64,000 nucleotides of DNA, taken from assembly GCA_001643675.2 (NCBI GenBank), contig LSRY02000028.1, forward strand, positions 1,157,068-1,221,067. Direction: 5' to 3'. Shown here one piece after another: positions 12,954 through 27,521 of this stretch. Positions within the stretch are counted from its first letter, which is position 1; each line of letters starts with the position of its first letter. Under the pieces are notes generated by a model. It worked only from the letters and a program-made list of their open reading frames with translations, was not told the origin of the DNA and ran no database searches. This stretch comes from Monocercomonoides exilis PA203 (lineage: Eukaryota > Protista > Preaxostyla). The position numbers were made by a program, and so were the translations under genes.

Positions 12954-15900
12954 TCACATCTCAGTATCAATAATTTTCTCCGAAATATGAATAATCTGAT
13001 CAAACGAATTCATCAATGATTCTACAACGCAACAATTTGAAGACGAAGACTGAGATGCAGAGGAAGGAAGTGTACGTATCAAAGCTAGAGCATTTTCCAG
13101 GCAATCAAACAGACATAAAACTATTGATAATAATTAGACCGATAAGCGTTTCATCGTTTTTTTTGAAATAGAAAGTTTTTTGAAAGTTTATTTTTAAAAA
13201 TATCAATGGAAAAAAATAATTCAAAGAATTACACACCGATTGCACCAAGATGATTCCAGCATTTTCCAGTTGAAGGAGGCTTCGGAGGAGGAGGACGGCC
13301 GCCAGGTGGCTCTGGAAGACCTTTTGCTTGCCGATCCGCAACTTCTAAATTATATCTGATGGGTTAATCATTGCAAGTTTATTCACAGGAAATAAGAAAA
13401 AAAAGAGAAATACAAAATTGAAACAATGTGTATTTTTTTAAAAAAAAATTATTCAAGAATTAAAATATCTAAACACACTTCTTTCGAGATGTCTCTTCAA
13501 TATTCGTTAGCATTGCGTCAAATCTCTGCAATTGGTTAGAAATTAACAACTGCGTTCTTTTCAGGCCAACCGCAGCAGTTTCCACATTTCTCGGAGAAAG
13601 CGCTTCTTCCATCAGTGCTACCAGTGTTGACACTTCATTCACATGCTTTGGCATCAACTTTTGAGGAAAGGCATCCTTTGAATTTGCATCGCTTTGCGAA
13701 GAAGAACTCGATGAAACAGCAGAAAGCGGAGACGACGAAATCCCACCAAATTTTATTGGGGACATTGTCAGACCAAGATTCGCTGGCTTTAATGGAGTGT
13801 TTTGTCTTGCAATACAGTTTTGATTGGACGAAGGAGATGCTGTTGAATTTACTGCTTCCTTTTTCATTTGGCGAACAGAAGTCGTGTGATGATGTAATCT
13901 TCTTGTCAACACGAGCAAAAACTCTGCATTTGCTTGATCACAAGGAGTTGAAATTCTAAGTGTTTGAATGCACCGAGATCGTCTTTTTATTCCAGGGAGT
14001 GGAGTCTCAGTCACAACAACCATCCGAACAACAGGCGGATCTGGAGGCTCGATATGCTCGTCTCCTTTTGTCTTTCCAACAAGTTGTTCGAATTCCTTTA
14101 CTCTGCGCATCACATACTCGCGCTCTGTTTGATGATCTGTTCTCTCGTAAAAATAGAACATTGATGTTTCAGCTGCTTGCGATGATAGAGGTTGCGTTGC
14201 TAAATCCCACATTTTTGGCTGAGGAGACAGATGAGAACGGGAAGTTGATGAAGTTGAGCTTCCCATTCGAGAATATGATGCATCTAACGGACAGGCAATG
14301 AACTCTGAGCACGAAAAAGCTGGAAAGCATATTTTATTACGCATATAGTATTTTCAACACACACAAAAAAATGCAAGTGCTTAAAACAAAAATTTAAGGC
14401 TCAAACCTTGTACCAGCCTGATCGCAGCCCCAGGAAAAGTTCGTGGCAACTCGTCTGATGGGAAAAACACCGCAACACCCGGATGCCACACGGCTAGCTT
14501 CCTTCTGAATGAGTCCAATGTATCGTCTGGTTCTCCTATGTATATGAACCGCTCAGACTGTTCTTGAGGTCCGTATTTTTCTCCACAGAACTGAACCATA
14601 AAGAAAGTCTGCGGAGGAAGCGTGGTAACAGAGTCGTTCGAAAGGCCTGTAACTTGTAATGCTCTGTTTGTCAATGCGCTCAAAAGAGGTTGAATGACAT
14701 TGGTTGGAATGTTCTTTGTAATTGTGAAGCACGAAGAGAGAAGCCATTGACTCCTGCATTTAATACATCATTCAAAAGAAATATTTATTAATGTAGAGCA
14801 CCCAGCAAGAAACAAGAAGGAAACATTTATGTATAAGCACAATTAAGAACATTTAACAAAAATGAAATGAAATAGAAAAAAGCAAACCTATTCCAAAGAC
14901 CAGCTTCGCAGAATAATTCAGATGCTGCAACAAGAAGCTTCACCAACTCAAAATATGTAAGTCCATTTCCAGGAGGCGTCATTTCATTTGCAGGAGAGAA
15001 AGGAACGATCCCTTCCATTTCTGAGATGTTAGAAATTGGAGAAGTTGGTGAGGATAACATTGGCAAAGTATGAGGAGAGGAAGAATCTTCAAAGTGCATT
15101 GCTGTCTGAAACGGAATCAATGGGTCCGTATCGACCGACCCCAGAAGCTCTGGAGGTAGAACAAGAACCGTGTAACCTTTTCTCTCAAGCGTCTTTGCCC
15201 AACTCATAGCATCAGATGATTTTTCGAACCAACCATCCCTCCAATCAGCTTCGCAATTCTCTTCCCACATCCACATAGTTGTTTGCTTTTCACTGTCACT
15301 TTGCTCTTTGTGCATCACAAGCTGTGCCTCATCATTTGACAACGCTGAATTATAAGCTGATAATAACGAAAAAGGTGAATTCGGATGAATGTCTGATGAT
15401 TTTGTCCATCTTCCAAAACGTTGAATTAAATCAATCCTTTTCAGCATAGTAAAAGCAGCCTCTTTGACACGCTTTTTTTTCCGATAAAAGTAAAGCAAAG
15501 CTGACGAATACGGAACGCATCTACGATCTTTGATGTGCGTAGCATAGACAATGAGAGTCCAGATGGCTTCGACGATACTGTCTTCGTTTGTGGTGAGCAT
15601 ATTTTCTGCAGATGGCTGTGAAAGAAGTGTTGCAAAGCTTTGTGAAACAGTTTCAAATGAGCGATTGATTTCAAAGCACTCATTCAGAAACGAGGAATCT
15701 CCGATGAGAGAAAAGGGAAGCAAAGGCAAAGGCTGCGTTTGCAAACATCCATTTCCATTATCAACTATTTCTTCAAAAGTTTTATCTGATGACTTTTTCC
15801 GACTCATTCTCGAACTGTGCGCCGATTGTAATTTTTCTGAATGAGGTGAAGAAAACAATGGCTGGCCTTCATCATCTGCTTGAATTGCATCATCGTTGTA

Positions 15901-18900
15901 TTCCCCTTCTTCTCCATTTCCATCAGTGTCGATGCTGTCATACTCATCATCTTCTGTGTCTGATTTCGTCAGAGTGTAATCACTTGCATCATTGCCATCT
16001 TCATCTTCATCACTGCCAGAGACATCAATATACAAATCACCATAATCCGTTTGACTGTCCTGTTCAGTAGATGAAGTACTTTGTTCACTTGAATTATCAT
16101 CAGTCGAAGAACTTTCGCTACCCTCTTCAAAGCCAGATGTTTTTAATGTCATTATTGTATTTCTCCGCAAACCGAACGGCTTCTCTGCCTGCTCTTCATT
16201 CAAAAGAGGAGCTGGTGCAATTTCTGCAAATCCCATTAATTCACCTTCAGCATCAGAATCAAAATCGCCTTGCTGATCATCCAAATCAGCCACGTTCTCT
16301 TTCGCCTTTGAACTCCAATGAGAATTCTTCGATGGAGTTCTGCTGTGCCTTGCAGTTCCAGTATCTGTTCTAATCCCAGATCGTTTTGCTCTTGTTATCC
16401 ATTTATTTCTTGGATGATTTGCGCACATTATGTTTTTGTTACTTTGTGACTGCTGCTGGGCGTATCCTCGCTGCAACTCAGGAATAACCGAAAGATAAGC
16501 AGACAAGTGAACGAGAACTCTGGAAATTGTGCGTGTCATTTCTCGCAGCGCTGCCACACCGCTTGTCATTGCAACGTGCGAAGCAAGCGAAAACAGATCT
16601 CTTTCAGAACGTAGACAGCTACCAAAGCTGCGATGCTCCACAAGAAGTGCAATACAAAGACACTCAGATAGTCGTTCAGTGTGGCGCTTGTCTGTTTCGT
16701 GAATCAAAAGTTGGAGCAAAGGTGATACTACAAGGCGTGCAGCAGCTGTTGTGGCTGGAGCTGTGTTTAGGATTATTATCTTCAGAAAGCGTATGGCTTG
16801 CACTTGAATTAAACTGTCGTTCTCAGCAACAAGCAGAGCACGAATGAATGGCGTGGATCCTTGCGAAGAAAAAGAGGAAGGGAATTGCGCAGAATTCGAT
16901 GTGAGACGACCAGCAGAAGTGGAAGAATGAGGTGGCTGAAGTGTCGATTGCTTTGAATGATGAGATCCAGGAAGAAAAGATGAATTCTGCAAAGTACTCG
17001 AAGACGGTTGCGCATCTGAGGACATAACAAATGTTGGCACAAGAGTTGTGTCGAATTCTTCTTCTTTTTTGTCTTCCTTAGCTGAGAGTTGTTGCGTTCT
17101 CGATGAAATGAAGCGACTGTTGCTTATACTTCGCCCTCCTCTCTGAACTGTTTTTCCCTTCTGTTGATTAGCTGAAGAAGCAGCAGTTGAAGAAGACGAT
17201 GCAGAATAAGAAGAAGTTGTAAGAGAGGAACTGTTGTATTTCCCTTGTTTTGGTGAAGAAGTCTCTGAAATTGATGCACTAGCAATGACTCCAGACATCG
17301 ATGATGAGTGGTTCGAGTGCTGAGATTGCTTGACGCTCAATGGTTTTGAAGGAGACAATGCTTCCTTTTGCCCGTGGATCATCAATGCGCTCACAGCCAG
17401 TGAAGTTGCCGAAGCCCAAAGAGTGTTGAACTTCTCGGCATTGCGAAACACATCGCCAATCAGAGTTGTCAGCTGACACGATGTGTCAAGAAGGCTTTTC
17501 ACAATGCGGAGTGTCAAGCTGCGTGATTGGCGCCAAAGTGAATGGGAATGTACAACAATAAGACGGAATGTGTCGAATATTTGTGTGACAAGATGCACAA
17601 GACGATCAGTGGTGGGTGCAAAAGTGCGAAGAATACTTGCAAATATCGAAATATCTGAGCAAATTCCAGTGAAGAAGCTGCCCAGACATAAAAGAGAGGG
17701 AAAAGGAACCAAAGACGGGCTGTCACGAAAGAGGCGAAGAACGAAGTTGATTAGAGTAAACAGCCAGCACCCAATCCGATGAATGAACGACTGCTGCATC
17801 CCACGAGACAGAAGAAGTCCCTGGTTGTGCATAATCAATGGAGGATATGAAGCAAACAAAGAGAACAGCAGCTGCTGCACATCGAACGATCGCAGTGCTG
17901 ATATAGAGTATTCGTTAAACGCACGCCTAATTAGCAAGCATGTTGCTGGGAACACACTTGTCTGTACAACTGTATGTTTGAGAGGCGTCTGGCTCTGCTG
18001 AAATACAAGAGACGCAAAACGAGCACCAGGTGCGATTAGGCAACTGTGCTGGGAACATATGCCAATGATCCAAGCGATTGAAAGCTTAAAACGCTTTCTG
18101 TGGAAATGTACAGACTCAGCAGCAGGATACAACACAGTCAGCGAATGAATTATCGACTGTAAAAGCATCCGTCCATCAGCACAACGGTAAAGCCAGTCTG
18201 TTGCAAGAGCGCGACAAAGAGCCGAGAGGAAGCGGAGTGAAAGAAGGATCCATGGATTGGGAAGTGCAGATGAAGTGGATTGAGGAGAAGTGGAAACAGC
18301 TGAGCGAAGTGGTGATGAGTGCTGAAGCGAAAGAGGAGGAACAGAGCGAACACCAAGACGAACATTTTGGAGGAAAGGCGATGAAGAAGGATCTGGAGAT
18401 GAAGAAGACGATGAAGTGTAGGAAAACAGGTGGCGGTGTTGAGCAAGGACAGAAGATGAGGTGTGCGTGAGTGATGAAGTGAGAGAGACATTTCGTGCAT
18501 GTTGTGCATCGAGTGTCACGCGCTGAGTCTCCTTTAGTGATTGAGGTGCCTTTTCGCTTTGTCTGAAGTGGAGGGCAGCCGCTGACAAACAAATTGAAAC
18601 AATGCCTGCACTTGCTGGCACGTAAAGCAATGCAAGTTCACTCATGTTTGAGCAGCCATCTTCGATATCTGCAATGCATTTCTCTACCAATCCTTCAACA
18701 AACACTGCTGGAAGAGAGGCAAGTGAATGTCTAAAGGGAATTGAGAAGACAGGATCGATGTAGCATTCGAAGTGGATGTTGAAGAGTGCAGCAAGAAGCA
18801 ACAAAAAGCAGTCGCGAATGGTTCTGCCGCTCTCGTCGCACAATTCGAGAAGCAAAGAAGGATTATGAAGTGTTTCGTTGTGAATTGATAGCATTCTATT

Positions 18901-21900
18901 GATCAGCTCAGCAGAGAAGCAGTACAACTGCCTCCTGAGAGATGGCTCAAATGAATGAGAGATGATGTAGTTGAGTGAAGGCATAAGCCGATCGAGAGGG
19001 CAATCTGCTGAGATGAAATCTTTAAGAACAGCATCTGTGAAGATTTCAGAGCTGACACATCGGAATGAAATCGGAAGAGAAACATCAGAGAATGGCAGTG
19101 AAGATCGATCAGAAACAGGCGAACGGGAAAGATAAGACGGAAGTGCTGAAGAAGTGCTGATATCAAATTCTGAACTTGACACTGAAGAAGACGGAAGTAT
19201 TTTGTACTTATTTAGCTGAACAAGTTTTGATGGGAATGACTTTGATTCATCATCAGCATTTTCGCCATGTTTGCATATTGCTTTATTATTCAATATGATT
19301 TCATTAGTCGAATCAGTTTGCCTCTGAAGAGAAAAAATAGAGTGTGCAATTTCTGATTCAATTGAATTGCTATTGCTCTGTTCAATAAGAGTTAAAACAG
19401 AAATGTTTTCTTCAGATTTTGCTGAATTTGATTCAAATTCCACAGAAAATGGAAAAGCATCTGATTCGAAACATGCTTTCGTATGATTCTTAAGTTTGTC
19501 TTTTAGCAATCTTTCACATGAAGGTGTGAGGTCTTTCCTCATTCCACTCAATTGAACCTCTTTCAGTGCCATAATAGAAGATGGAGAAGTTTCTGTAAAA
19601 GCCGGAGAGTTGAGATTTTGGCCAGAAGAAGAAGAAGAGGATAATTGGGGAGATTTTTGTCGAATGCTTGCCTGTTTTGTTTGAGAGAAAGAGAGAGATT
19701 CTGGAGGATTAATGAAAGAAGGTATGCTTTGGTGCATTGGAGGTGGCGGAGGGCCAGGATAGATCAGAAGTTTGTAGTTACCATCAGGTCTAAGCAGCTG
19801 AGGTTGAGAGTGGAGAATGAAAAATGAATGAGCAAACGCTCTCGAAGGAGAAGGAATGCTTCGATCCGAAGAGCCCAAAGAAGAACCTCCAGCCGGAGAA
19901 GTGTTGGAGAAGGGACAGTGAGAAGGAAGATGCGAATGAAAGCAGAAGAGGATGTGTATGCTATTGTCGTGAAGAGTGGAAGAGGAAAGTGAGATGCGCC
20001 TAATTTGTGCAGAAAGATCAGAAATAGCAGATGAAATGCAGACAAATGAAGATGATTCGTGAGCTAAGTCCATCGAAGGCTCAGATGTTGACTCAAAAAG
20101 AAGAGAGTGGGTTGAAGAAGAAAAAAGATTAGTACCTGATCGTAATGCGTCACGTGCAGAAATCTCTTCAAAAGTTGAAGATTCAAATGGAGAAGAAGAA
20201 GAAGCCGTCGAAGAAGAAGATGATGTGGATGAAGACGAAGATTGAGAGGATGAAAAATGTTCAGCTGGTGTTAAAAGAGGTGAATGATGAAAAGATGACG
20301 GAGAAAGGAGCGAAGCTTCAGGAGAAATAGGAGCAGAAGATGAGGAAGAATTTGGAGAAGTTCCAACAACATTCGAACTGGGGGTCTTATTTGAAGCTGA
20401 AGAAACAACAGAATGTGCCATAAGGTGTGACTCAGCACCTGTGGAAAAGCATTGGTGGCTACACACAACCACCGAAGAAGAGCCTGAAAGTGGCACTCCA
20501 TCTTCACTCACAACATGCATGCAAACAACAAACGGTTCTGAAAAACGAGATTTTATGTCAGAAGACCCAAGACGCTGAAAGCTTTCATTTCCTTTTTTCG
20601 AGTCGTCATTCTTTGAACCTGCTGAATAACAGTTTAACGAGGCGAATATTGACTGCTTCAGTGCTCGAGAATCGACAGATACACAAACATCATTTCGCGT
20701 AGAGAGACCAGGAATTGTGTGAGAAACAGATGCAGTGGCGAAGTCAAGAGACGATAGTACAACAGGACCTGCTATGTGCAATTGAGAAAGAGGTGCAATT
20801 AACGATGTCTGCTGATGAGTGTGAAGTTGAGGCACAGCACCGTGTTGCCTCATCGAAGTACCAAGTTGGCGTTGGGTAGAAAGGCGAGGCTGAGCAACAA
20901 AAGATAGTGACTGTTGAAGTGTAGGCGTTTGCAATGGAAGTGAAGGCAAAGCCCATGGAGGAATGAATGGTGAACTGTCATGTGGCTTAGCTTGCGGCTG
21001 AGCTGTTGTCGGAACAAGTGAACGAGAAATAATTGAAGGAAAAGAAGAAGATTGCAGAATAGGAATAGGAATTTTCCTGTGAATGGAAAAAATCAATGGC
21101 AGGAAGTCCAAGCACTCTGGTATGGCGTTGAGAGTCATAGACGATGGCAAAGGCTGGCACGAACCATCAGCTAAAGAAGATGAAGATGAGTGCTGTGTAG
21201 GGATTTGCGATTCCATACGAGAAAGAGGAGTCGCGTTGAAAAATGGAGGTACTGCTTTATGAGGCTGAGAAAGCGAACGCTGCTTTTTCAGTTGAGGGCG
21301 AGGTGCAATTGGAACAGTTGTAGCAGCAGACGAAAGTGTTGCATGAGCCTTCACTGATTCAAACCCTCTATCTGTTGTTGATTTCAAGCGATGAGAAGAG
21401 TTCTGTTGCGGTTGCTGTCTTGCTTCGTTTGATGAGTTGTTGCGATTCAATTGTGTTGTAAATCCACAAAACACTGGACATGTAATTCTGTGTGATTCAC
21501 CAACACACGTTGGAAATGGAGTTTGAATGTATTGTGGCATAAAGTACTTCCACTTAGTGCTATCATGAAAAGGAAACAAGCTCGGGGTTAATGGAAGTTG
21601 ATGAATCTTTGGAGGGCCTTGGCATCTTGAATGATCCTCATCCATTCCAATTACTACAAAAGGAAAACTCCCCACAGCAAGTGGACAATCACATTCCAAA
21701 GAAGACGATTTAAAAGATACAACGATGCAAAGTGTTTTTTGCTCCATTTCTTTTAAAATTTCATCTTCATTTTTGAATTTGGAATTTGAAATATCAACAG
21801 AAAACTGTTCCAACATAAGTTCAATAAAAATTAAAGTTCGAGGTTGTGAATGACCCATTCCTTTTTTTAAAGAATATGTTATAACATTTGATATCGGACT

Positions 21901-22242
21901 GTTGTTATGCCAGATTGAAACAGAAACAGATAATTTTGAAATAAATGGATGCAAAGTCCAAATTGGGGAAGATACATCTGGATCATAGATTTGACAAATT
22001 AAACAAGACGTATTATTGCGTGTGAATGAAACAGCTTGTTTTGGATTTTTCTCCAATGAATAGTCCAACCATCGAGGAGGATTATCAAACGTAAATTCCT
22101 TGTAATATGTGAGCCATGAATCGTATCCGATTGCTGTATCAGGAGGATTAACTAAATTTTCGAAAATGTCGTCTTCGGGAATCCATGTTCTATCTTCATC
22201 TGTTATGAAATCTTGTGGTTTAAATCTGTGTGAGATACTCAT
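12954..22242 (-). CDS. Very large divergent DOCK-family (DHR-2) guanine nucleotide exchange factor-like protein, multi-exon
   Basis: A 2471-aa first ORF is followed by exons with DHR-2-like segments: ASELFCEAGLW, FFMVQFCGEKYG..RFIYIGEPDDTLDSFRRKL and VVRMVVVTETPLPGIKRRSR..ISTPCDQA. Two further small exons read by hand (~13345-13237 EVADRQAKGLPEPPGGRPPPPKPP; ~13108-12954 ending IIDTEM-stop). The 3' exons are inferred. Confidence 0.6.
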
Positions 22243-22484
22243 TTTTTATAATGGGTTGAAAATACAAAAAAAAAAAAAAAAAAAAAAAAGAATGAGTTAA
22301 ATGAACAAAAAAAGTGGTTTTTGAATTGTTAATAAAAGTTTTATCCAACCTTTCATCACTTTATATTTTTAATTACAAAGAATCACAACTTTTTTAAAAA
22401 TATTGAAAAATAATGTTTTTCTCAAAAATGTTAATTAAACCTAAAACAGAAATTTTCATTATTATTATAAAACAATTGAAATTT

Positions 22485-24844
22485 TTATTCTCTAATCCAC
22501 AATGCAAAACGTTTATCATCTGCAGTGACAATAGTCCTTCCATCATTTGACCAAGCTGTTCCCAGAATATTTCGTCCCATTCCGTGCTCTCGTGTGGGAA
22601 AGAACATAATTTGATTGTCTGTAATATCTCCAATCACCATTCCTCCATTTTTCGACCCTACACACACAAATTTGGGGGTTGGACTGACGCTTCCTTCTGT
22701 TGGACTGCAAAGAACAAAAACACAAAAATGTTTGGAATGATTCAATGGAGGAAATTGATCAACCAAAAAAAAGGCTTATTCAAAACAAACCTCCAACAAC
22801 CAGTTGTATTCTGAGTCGACGGCATAAATGACCCAAACTTCCATTTGCACATCGGAGTGAGCATTCGAAAGTCAGCCACAGATAAAGACCCGTCTCTTGC
22901 AACAGACAAGAGATATCTGTCATCAGGAGAGACAGTTAGGCCAGTGATGGTTGAATGCTCGTGGCAGTTCTGAATCTCTCCTGTTGACGATGGAGCACCA
23001 CGATCCCAAATTTTGATTGCTGAATGATTTCAACGAACACAGACAAACAGAATGAATTATGAATCATTCAAAATCGAATTAGTTCCAGGACAATGATCAA
23101 CAAAATAGATAAGAATTCAGAAAAAAATAGAAAAAAACAAAGCTCTTATTCTAATTTTCATGAAAATGAACAGCATCTCTCTCTTTCGCTCTCTTCATCA
23201 AAATACCTCCTTCGGTGTGCCCTGAATATATTGTGCCATGTCCTGTTGCAGATAGCGCATAGCATCCAGATGGACCATAAAATGAAACTTGTGGCTCAGC
23301 CTTGTTGTAATCCCAAATGATAATTCTTTTGTCAGTTGAGCCAGAAACAACGGTTGGATAAGAGCGTATGTTTGGAAAAGCGACAGCAGTAACTGGCTTT
23401 GAATGTGAATTGAGAGATGTCTTGTGAGTTAGGCTGGATGACACGATGAGCTGCAAAGCACCAGAATACTCTCCCACAACAAGAAAGCTGTCATCACATG
23501 AATATGCCAGTGAAAAAGGAGAAGAGGTGAAAATGGGAATTGTATGAGTGGATTGTCCTAAACGAGAAAGAGAATGAGGCAATAAAATATCACAAGCAGC
23601 AAAACAAAATAAAATATCAAAATAAATATGATAAAAAATGATTCACGCAAAACATATGAAGGTTCATAAAAAAATGAACAGAAAGCGCAACACACATATG
23701 CGCATTCAAAAAATAAGAAAGAATGAAAAATATTTCTCAATAATTCAAATACCATCAGCAACTCTCCATATTTTAACTGTTTTATCTGAAGAAGCTGTAG
23801 CAAAAAGATCTCCAGTGTTTGTCATCCGAATGGAATTGATTGTATCTGAGTGTGCATCCTTTTGCAAACAAAAAAGAAAAACATCAGAAATTCAGTAATT
23901 GTTATAAATGTGGTCAAGACATTTGTATTTGTTGATTTCAAAGAAATATCATAATTATCATAATGTAATTCAAATAAAATAATTGAATATCTTCAAAAAT
24001 TCGATGAAATCAAAATGATCAAACAATCATCTTTTTAAATTTTGGCATAGGCTTTTTATTGAACGTTACTTCCCTATAGTAAAGTGAAAATTTGACAGAA
24101 AGTATTTAAAGAAAAGAAAATAAAAAATTGACATATCAAAGAATAAACACATTGCCTTCTCTCCAACAAAAGTTAAAAGCAACACGGAAAGACAATGCAA
24201 CATTCAAAATTGACTCAAAAAAAGACAAAAAGAGCAAAATTGTTATCAAAAAGCACACTCTCGCCTTTTCATAAATTGTTCCATTGATTTTTCTATTTCT
24301 GGATGAGATTCGTGAGCAATCTTCGTTTTGCATAAAAAGAAAAAAATAAATAACAGTATTTATATCCCAAACATGAACACAAAGAAATTATAAATATTTT
24401 CGAAACAATATAAAATCAGCTTTACAGCAAAAACATAGCAATAGAAATACAAAAATGCAAATTTGAATTTCATTTTTGATTATAATTTGTGATAACAGTT
24501 TGATTCTTTATCAAGCACACCTTCTCAGCTCTTTTTTTTTCCAATAATTTATGCAGTCTTTCAATTTCTTCTTTCATTTCAAATATCTCTCTTTTTTGTT
24601 GATGCTCTTTGTCCGTATATTGAGTTACGATTTCATTCATTTTTTGAAATACAAATTCCATCGACTTTCTAGTATCCTAGTTTCAGCAAAGATAGCATTT
24701 TGAAAAAGTTATTTTTCGAAAAAAAGAATTGCGTTACAAACCCTTGACTCATTCAGATTTACTTCCAATTCCTTCGTTTCCTTTTCAAGTTTCTCAATCT
24801 CCGCCACTTTTTTATTTATTAAATCCTTATCTGCTATTATTCTA

Positions 24845-24876
<32 letters not shown>

Positions 24877-25409
24877 ACTTATGATAAATATATAAATACT
24901 TTTGTTTTATACTTGTTAATGCATTCTTCTTTTTTTTGCACATCGTATTTGCGTAAATTGCGCAAAATTTCAATTTGCTGCTTTGTTTCTTCAATTTTCT
25001 CTTTTGATTGTTGGAAATCAGACTTCAATTTGTTCAATAATTCTAATTGTTTGTTTCTCTTATTTTTTAAAGCGAAGTATCCATTTCTAAGAAAAATAAA
25101 ATTATTAATCTCAAATAATAGAATCCAAACGGTCCATCTTCTATTTTACTCAACTGCGAAAATAATTCACAATTTTCTGAATGAAGCAGCCTTGCATGCG
25201 TTTCAGTTTCTATAAGTCTTCGAATTGAATCTGTAATTTTTGTCGGCTTTTCATTTTTTATCACTTTTTGGTATTATAAATATGAAACAAATTTATTCCA
25301 ATCAAATTTTCAAACTGTCATCTTTATCTGGGAGATTGTGTGCTCTTTGTATTTCATTTCTGAGTAGTAAGCGCCATTGAAGTGAGTTAAGCCAATGAGG
25401 CTTGAGCAT
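22485..25409 (-). CDS. ATG16: ATG16L-like autophagy protein (ATG5-binding motif, coiled coil, C-terminal WD40 propeller), multi-exon
   Basis: First exon read by hand, MLKPHWLNSLQWRLLLRNEIQ, fits the ATG5-interacting motif W-x3-I/L-x3-L-x2-R-x3-Q. Coiled-coil exons lie at 24.5-25.3 kb. WD40 repeats: FATASSDKTVKIW, VVSGSTDKRIIIWD, IYSGHTEGG, LLSVARDGSLSVADFR, AWSNDGRTIVTADDKRFALW. Confidence 0.7.
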
Positions 25410-25538
25410 TTATTATTTTGAAATTTTAATTATGGTGTTTTCAAATTGATAGAAAAATTCGTTTCATTACCCCACAATACATATATTCATCGTTATGCTA
25501 ATCAAGAAAAATAATAATGCAATTAATTGCCGAAGAGA

Positions 25539-27354
25539 TTATGCCCTTACATTTTCAGAAGCAATAAAGATCATTGAACAATCTGAAGGAATAATCTGAG
25601 AATGAGAAGGATTGAAAGATTCCGAAGAAGGTGAGGAAGATGAAGACATTTGAGAATGAGAAGGATCAGCAACGGATAAAATCAGTTGAGTTCCCGGCTG
25701 TATCAGAAGTGCAGTTCCCTCTTCAGCGAAAAGCTTCATCAACGGATTGAACTTTCTCGGATTCTCTTTCTCTTTTTCATCTTCTTTCTTTGTATGTTCT
25801 TGCTTGATTTCTTCGTCATGTGAAGTCTCCTGGCTTTTTGATGACTTTGAGACATGCACAGCTTCGATCATACACGGTCTACCTAAAACAAGGAGGATAC
25901 GAGGAACATTCATCATTGGAATAATGACAGGAGATGAAGAAGTATTGCTTGCAGAGACACAAGCCCTTTGTAGGCAAAAATCAGATATCGAGGGAATGAA
26001 AAACGTTGTGACGGATCCATCAGGTGAAGATGTTGGAAGTTGAGGGATCATCTTATTTGAAATATCAGAAAACAATCGAAATTTTTATTTCATCACGTTT
26101 TCATCCAAATTTAATTTTTTAAAAAAAAGATTCATTAAGATTTTTAATTAAATGGTCACACTTTCATTTGCTCAACTCCGCAATCGTCTAACATTGATGA
26201 AAGAATAACTGGATCACAGTGCTTTGGAGTCAGCCCTGCACGAACAACATTATCTGATGTTGCCATAATTTCAACACAGTCGCCGCTAAGATAAGCATGA
26301 GGAACATTTGCCGAAAGAAATATCGCATCACATGGAGAAAGTTTCCTATGGCAAAGGAAGAATGCAGCCAAAACGGGACCTGTATCCGTTGGAGAAGAAG
26401 TTGCACTACACAAAGAAACAAAAAGTTGAAGGGACATTGTCACATTTGGACTTATTGTTGTTTTGTCTTTTGCTTCCACGAGGATTTGCTGTGCTTTGTC
26501 AACAAGTTGTTTCATGCTCACCACAAACTTCGCTTTGATCTCATCGGATGATGCAGTCAACATACGACAAGCTTCTCTCGAAAGTGAATATTCATCTCCT
26601 CCTTTGGCTAATATGTCCTCTGAACAAAATCCAATTGTTTTCATTAACTCCTGAAGTTGTTGTCAATGATGTCAAATTCAAGTGATAATATGTTATAATA
26701 TAAACAGCGTTTATGATTAGAAAAACAAACAAACAAAAAAAAAGAGAAATTGCAGACAGATAATGATTCAAAACTCGATAAGCGTTCGATTGCAATGGAA
26801 TTTATCTCAAGGCCTGCCAAAGCTGAAAAAGGTGTCAAAGCAAATGTTAATTCTGGCTTGTGATTGTCATCTGGAAAATGTTGGGGTTGCTCTCTTTGAA
26901 ATATCAATTTAAAACATTTGAAATAAGAAAAGACAAAAATCAGACTTGTGAAGTTTAACAGCAAGTTGTTTGTTTGGATGCGCTTGAATTGACAGTGGCT
27001 GGGCAACAGACAAAACCTTCAATAAAAACGGAAGTTGTCCAGTCAATTCTTGACTTCCTGACACTTTATTCCATGTTGGATTTTCTTTCAAAAAGTTAAT
27101 TAAATCAATCTTATCTCCTGCATCATTCAAATGAACTGTAGCACATCCATCTTTGTGCGTACCAAGCCACATTTCAGCATAAGGTTTTTGCTCAATAACT
27201 CTTTGAAAAGAACAAAATCATTTACCAAAAATATTATCTTTATTTTAGAAAATTTAATGCGTTGCTCAAACCCCTTTGATAGTAAGGCCACTTTGGAGTC
27301 AGTGCCAACAACTCCCCAAGCATAGTTTTTTATTGCTGGCGATAATTTCAACAT
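25539..27354 (-). CDS. MPI: Mannose-6-phosphate isomerase (type I PMI), multi-exon
   Basis: Motifs [41 protein letters not shown] and [30 protein letters not shown]. Confidence 0.95.
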
Positions 27355-27521
27355 AAGAAAAAAAATTATGCCAATAATTCTTTTGGTGAATTTAATGAGA
27401 CTTAATAAACACAGATGTTCCTTTCTAACAACATGTTTTCAATTTGGAATGAAAAACAAATATAGATTAATTTGGGAAAAGATCTAAATTGTGAATAAAA
27501 AATCTCCAAATTTGAAGATTA

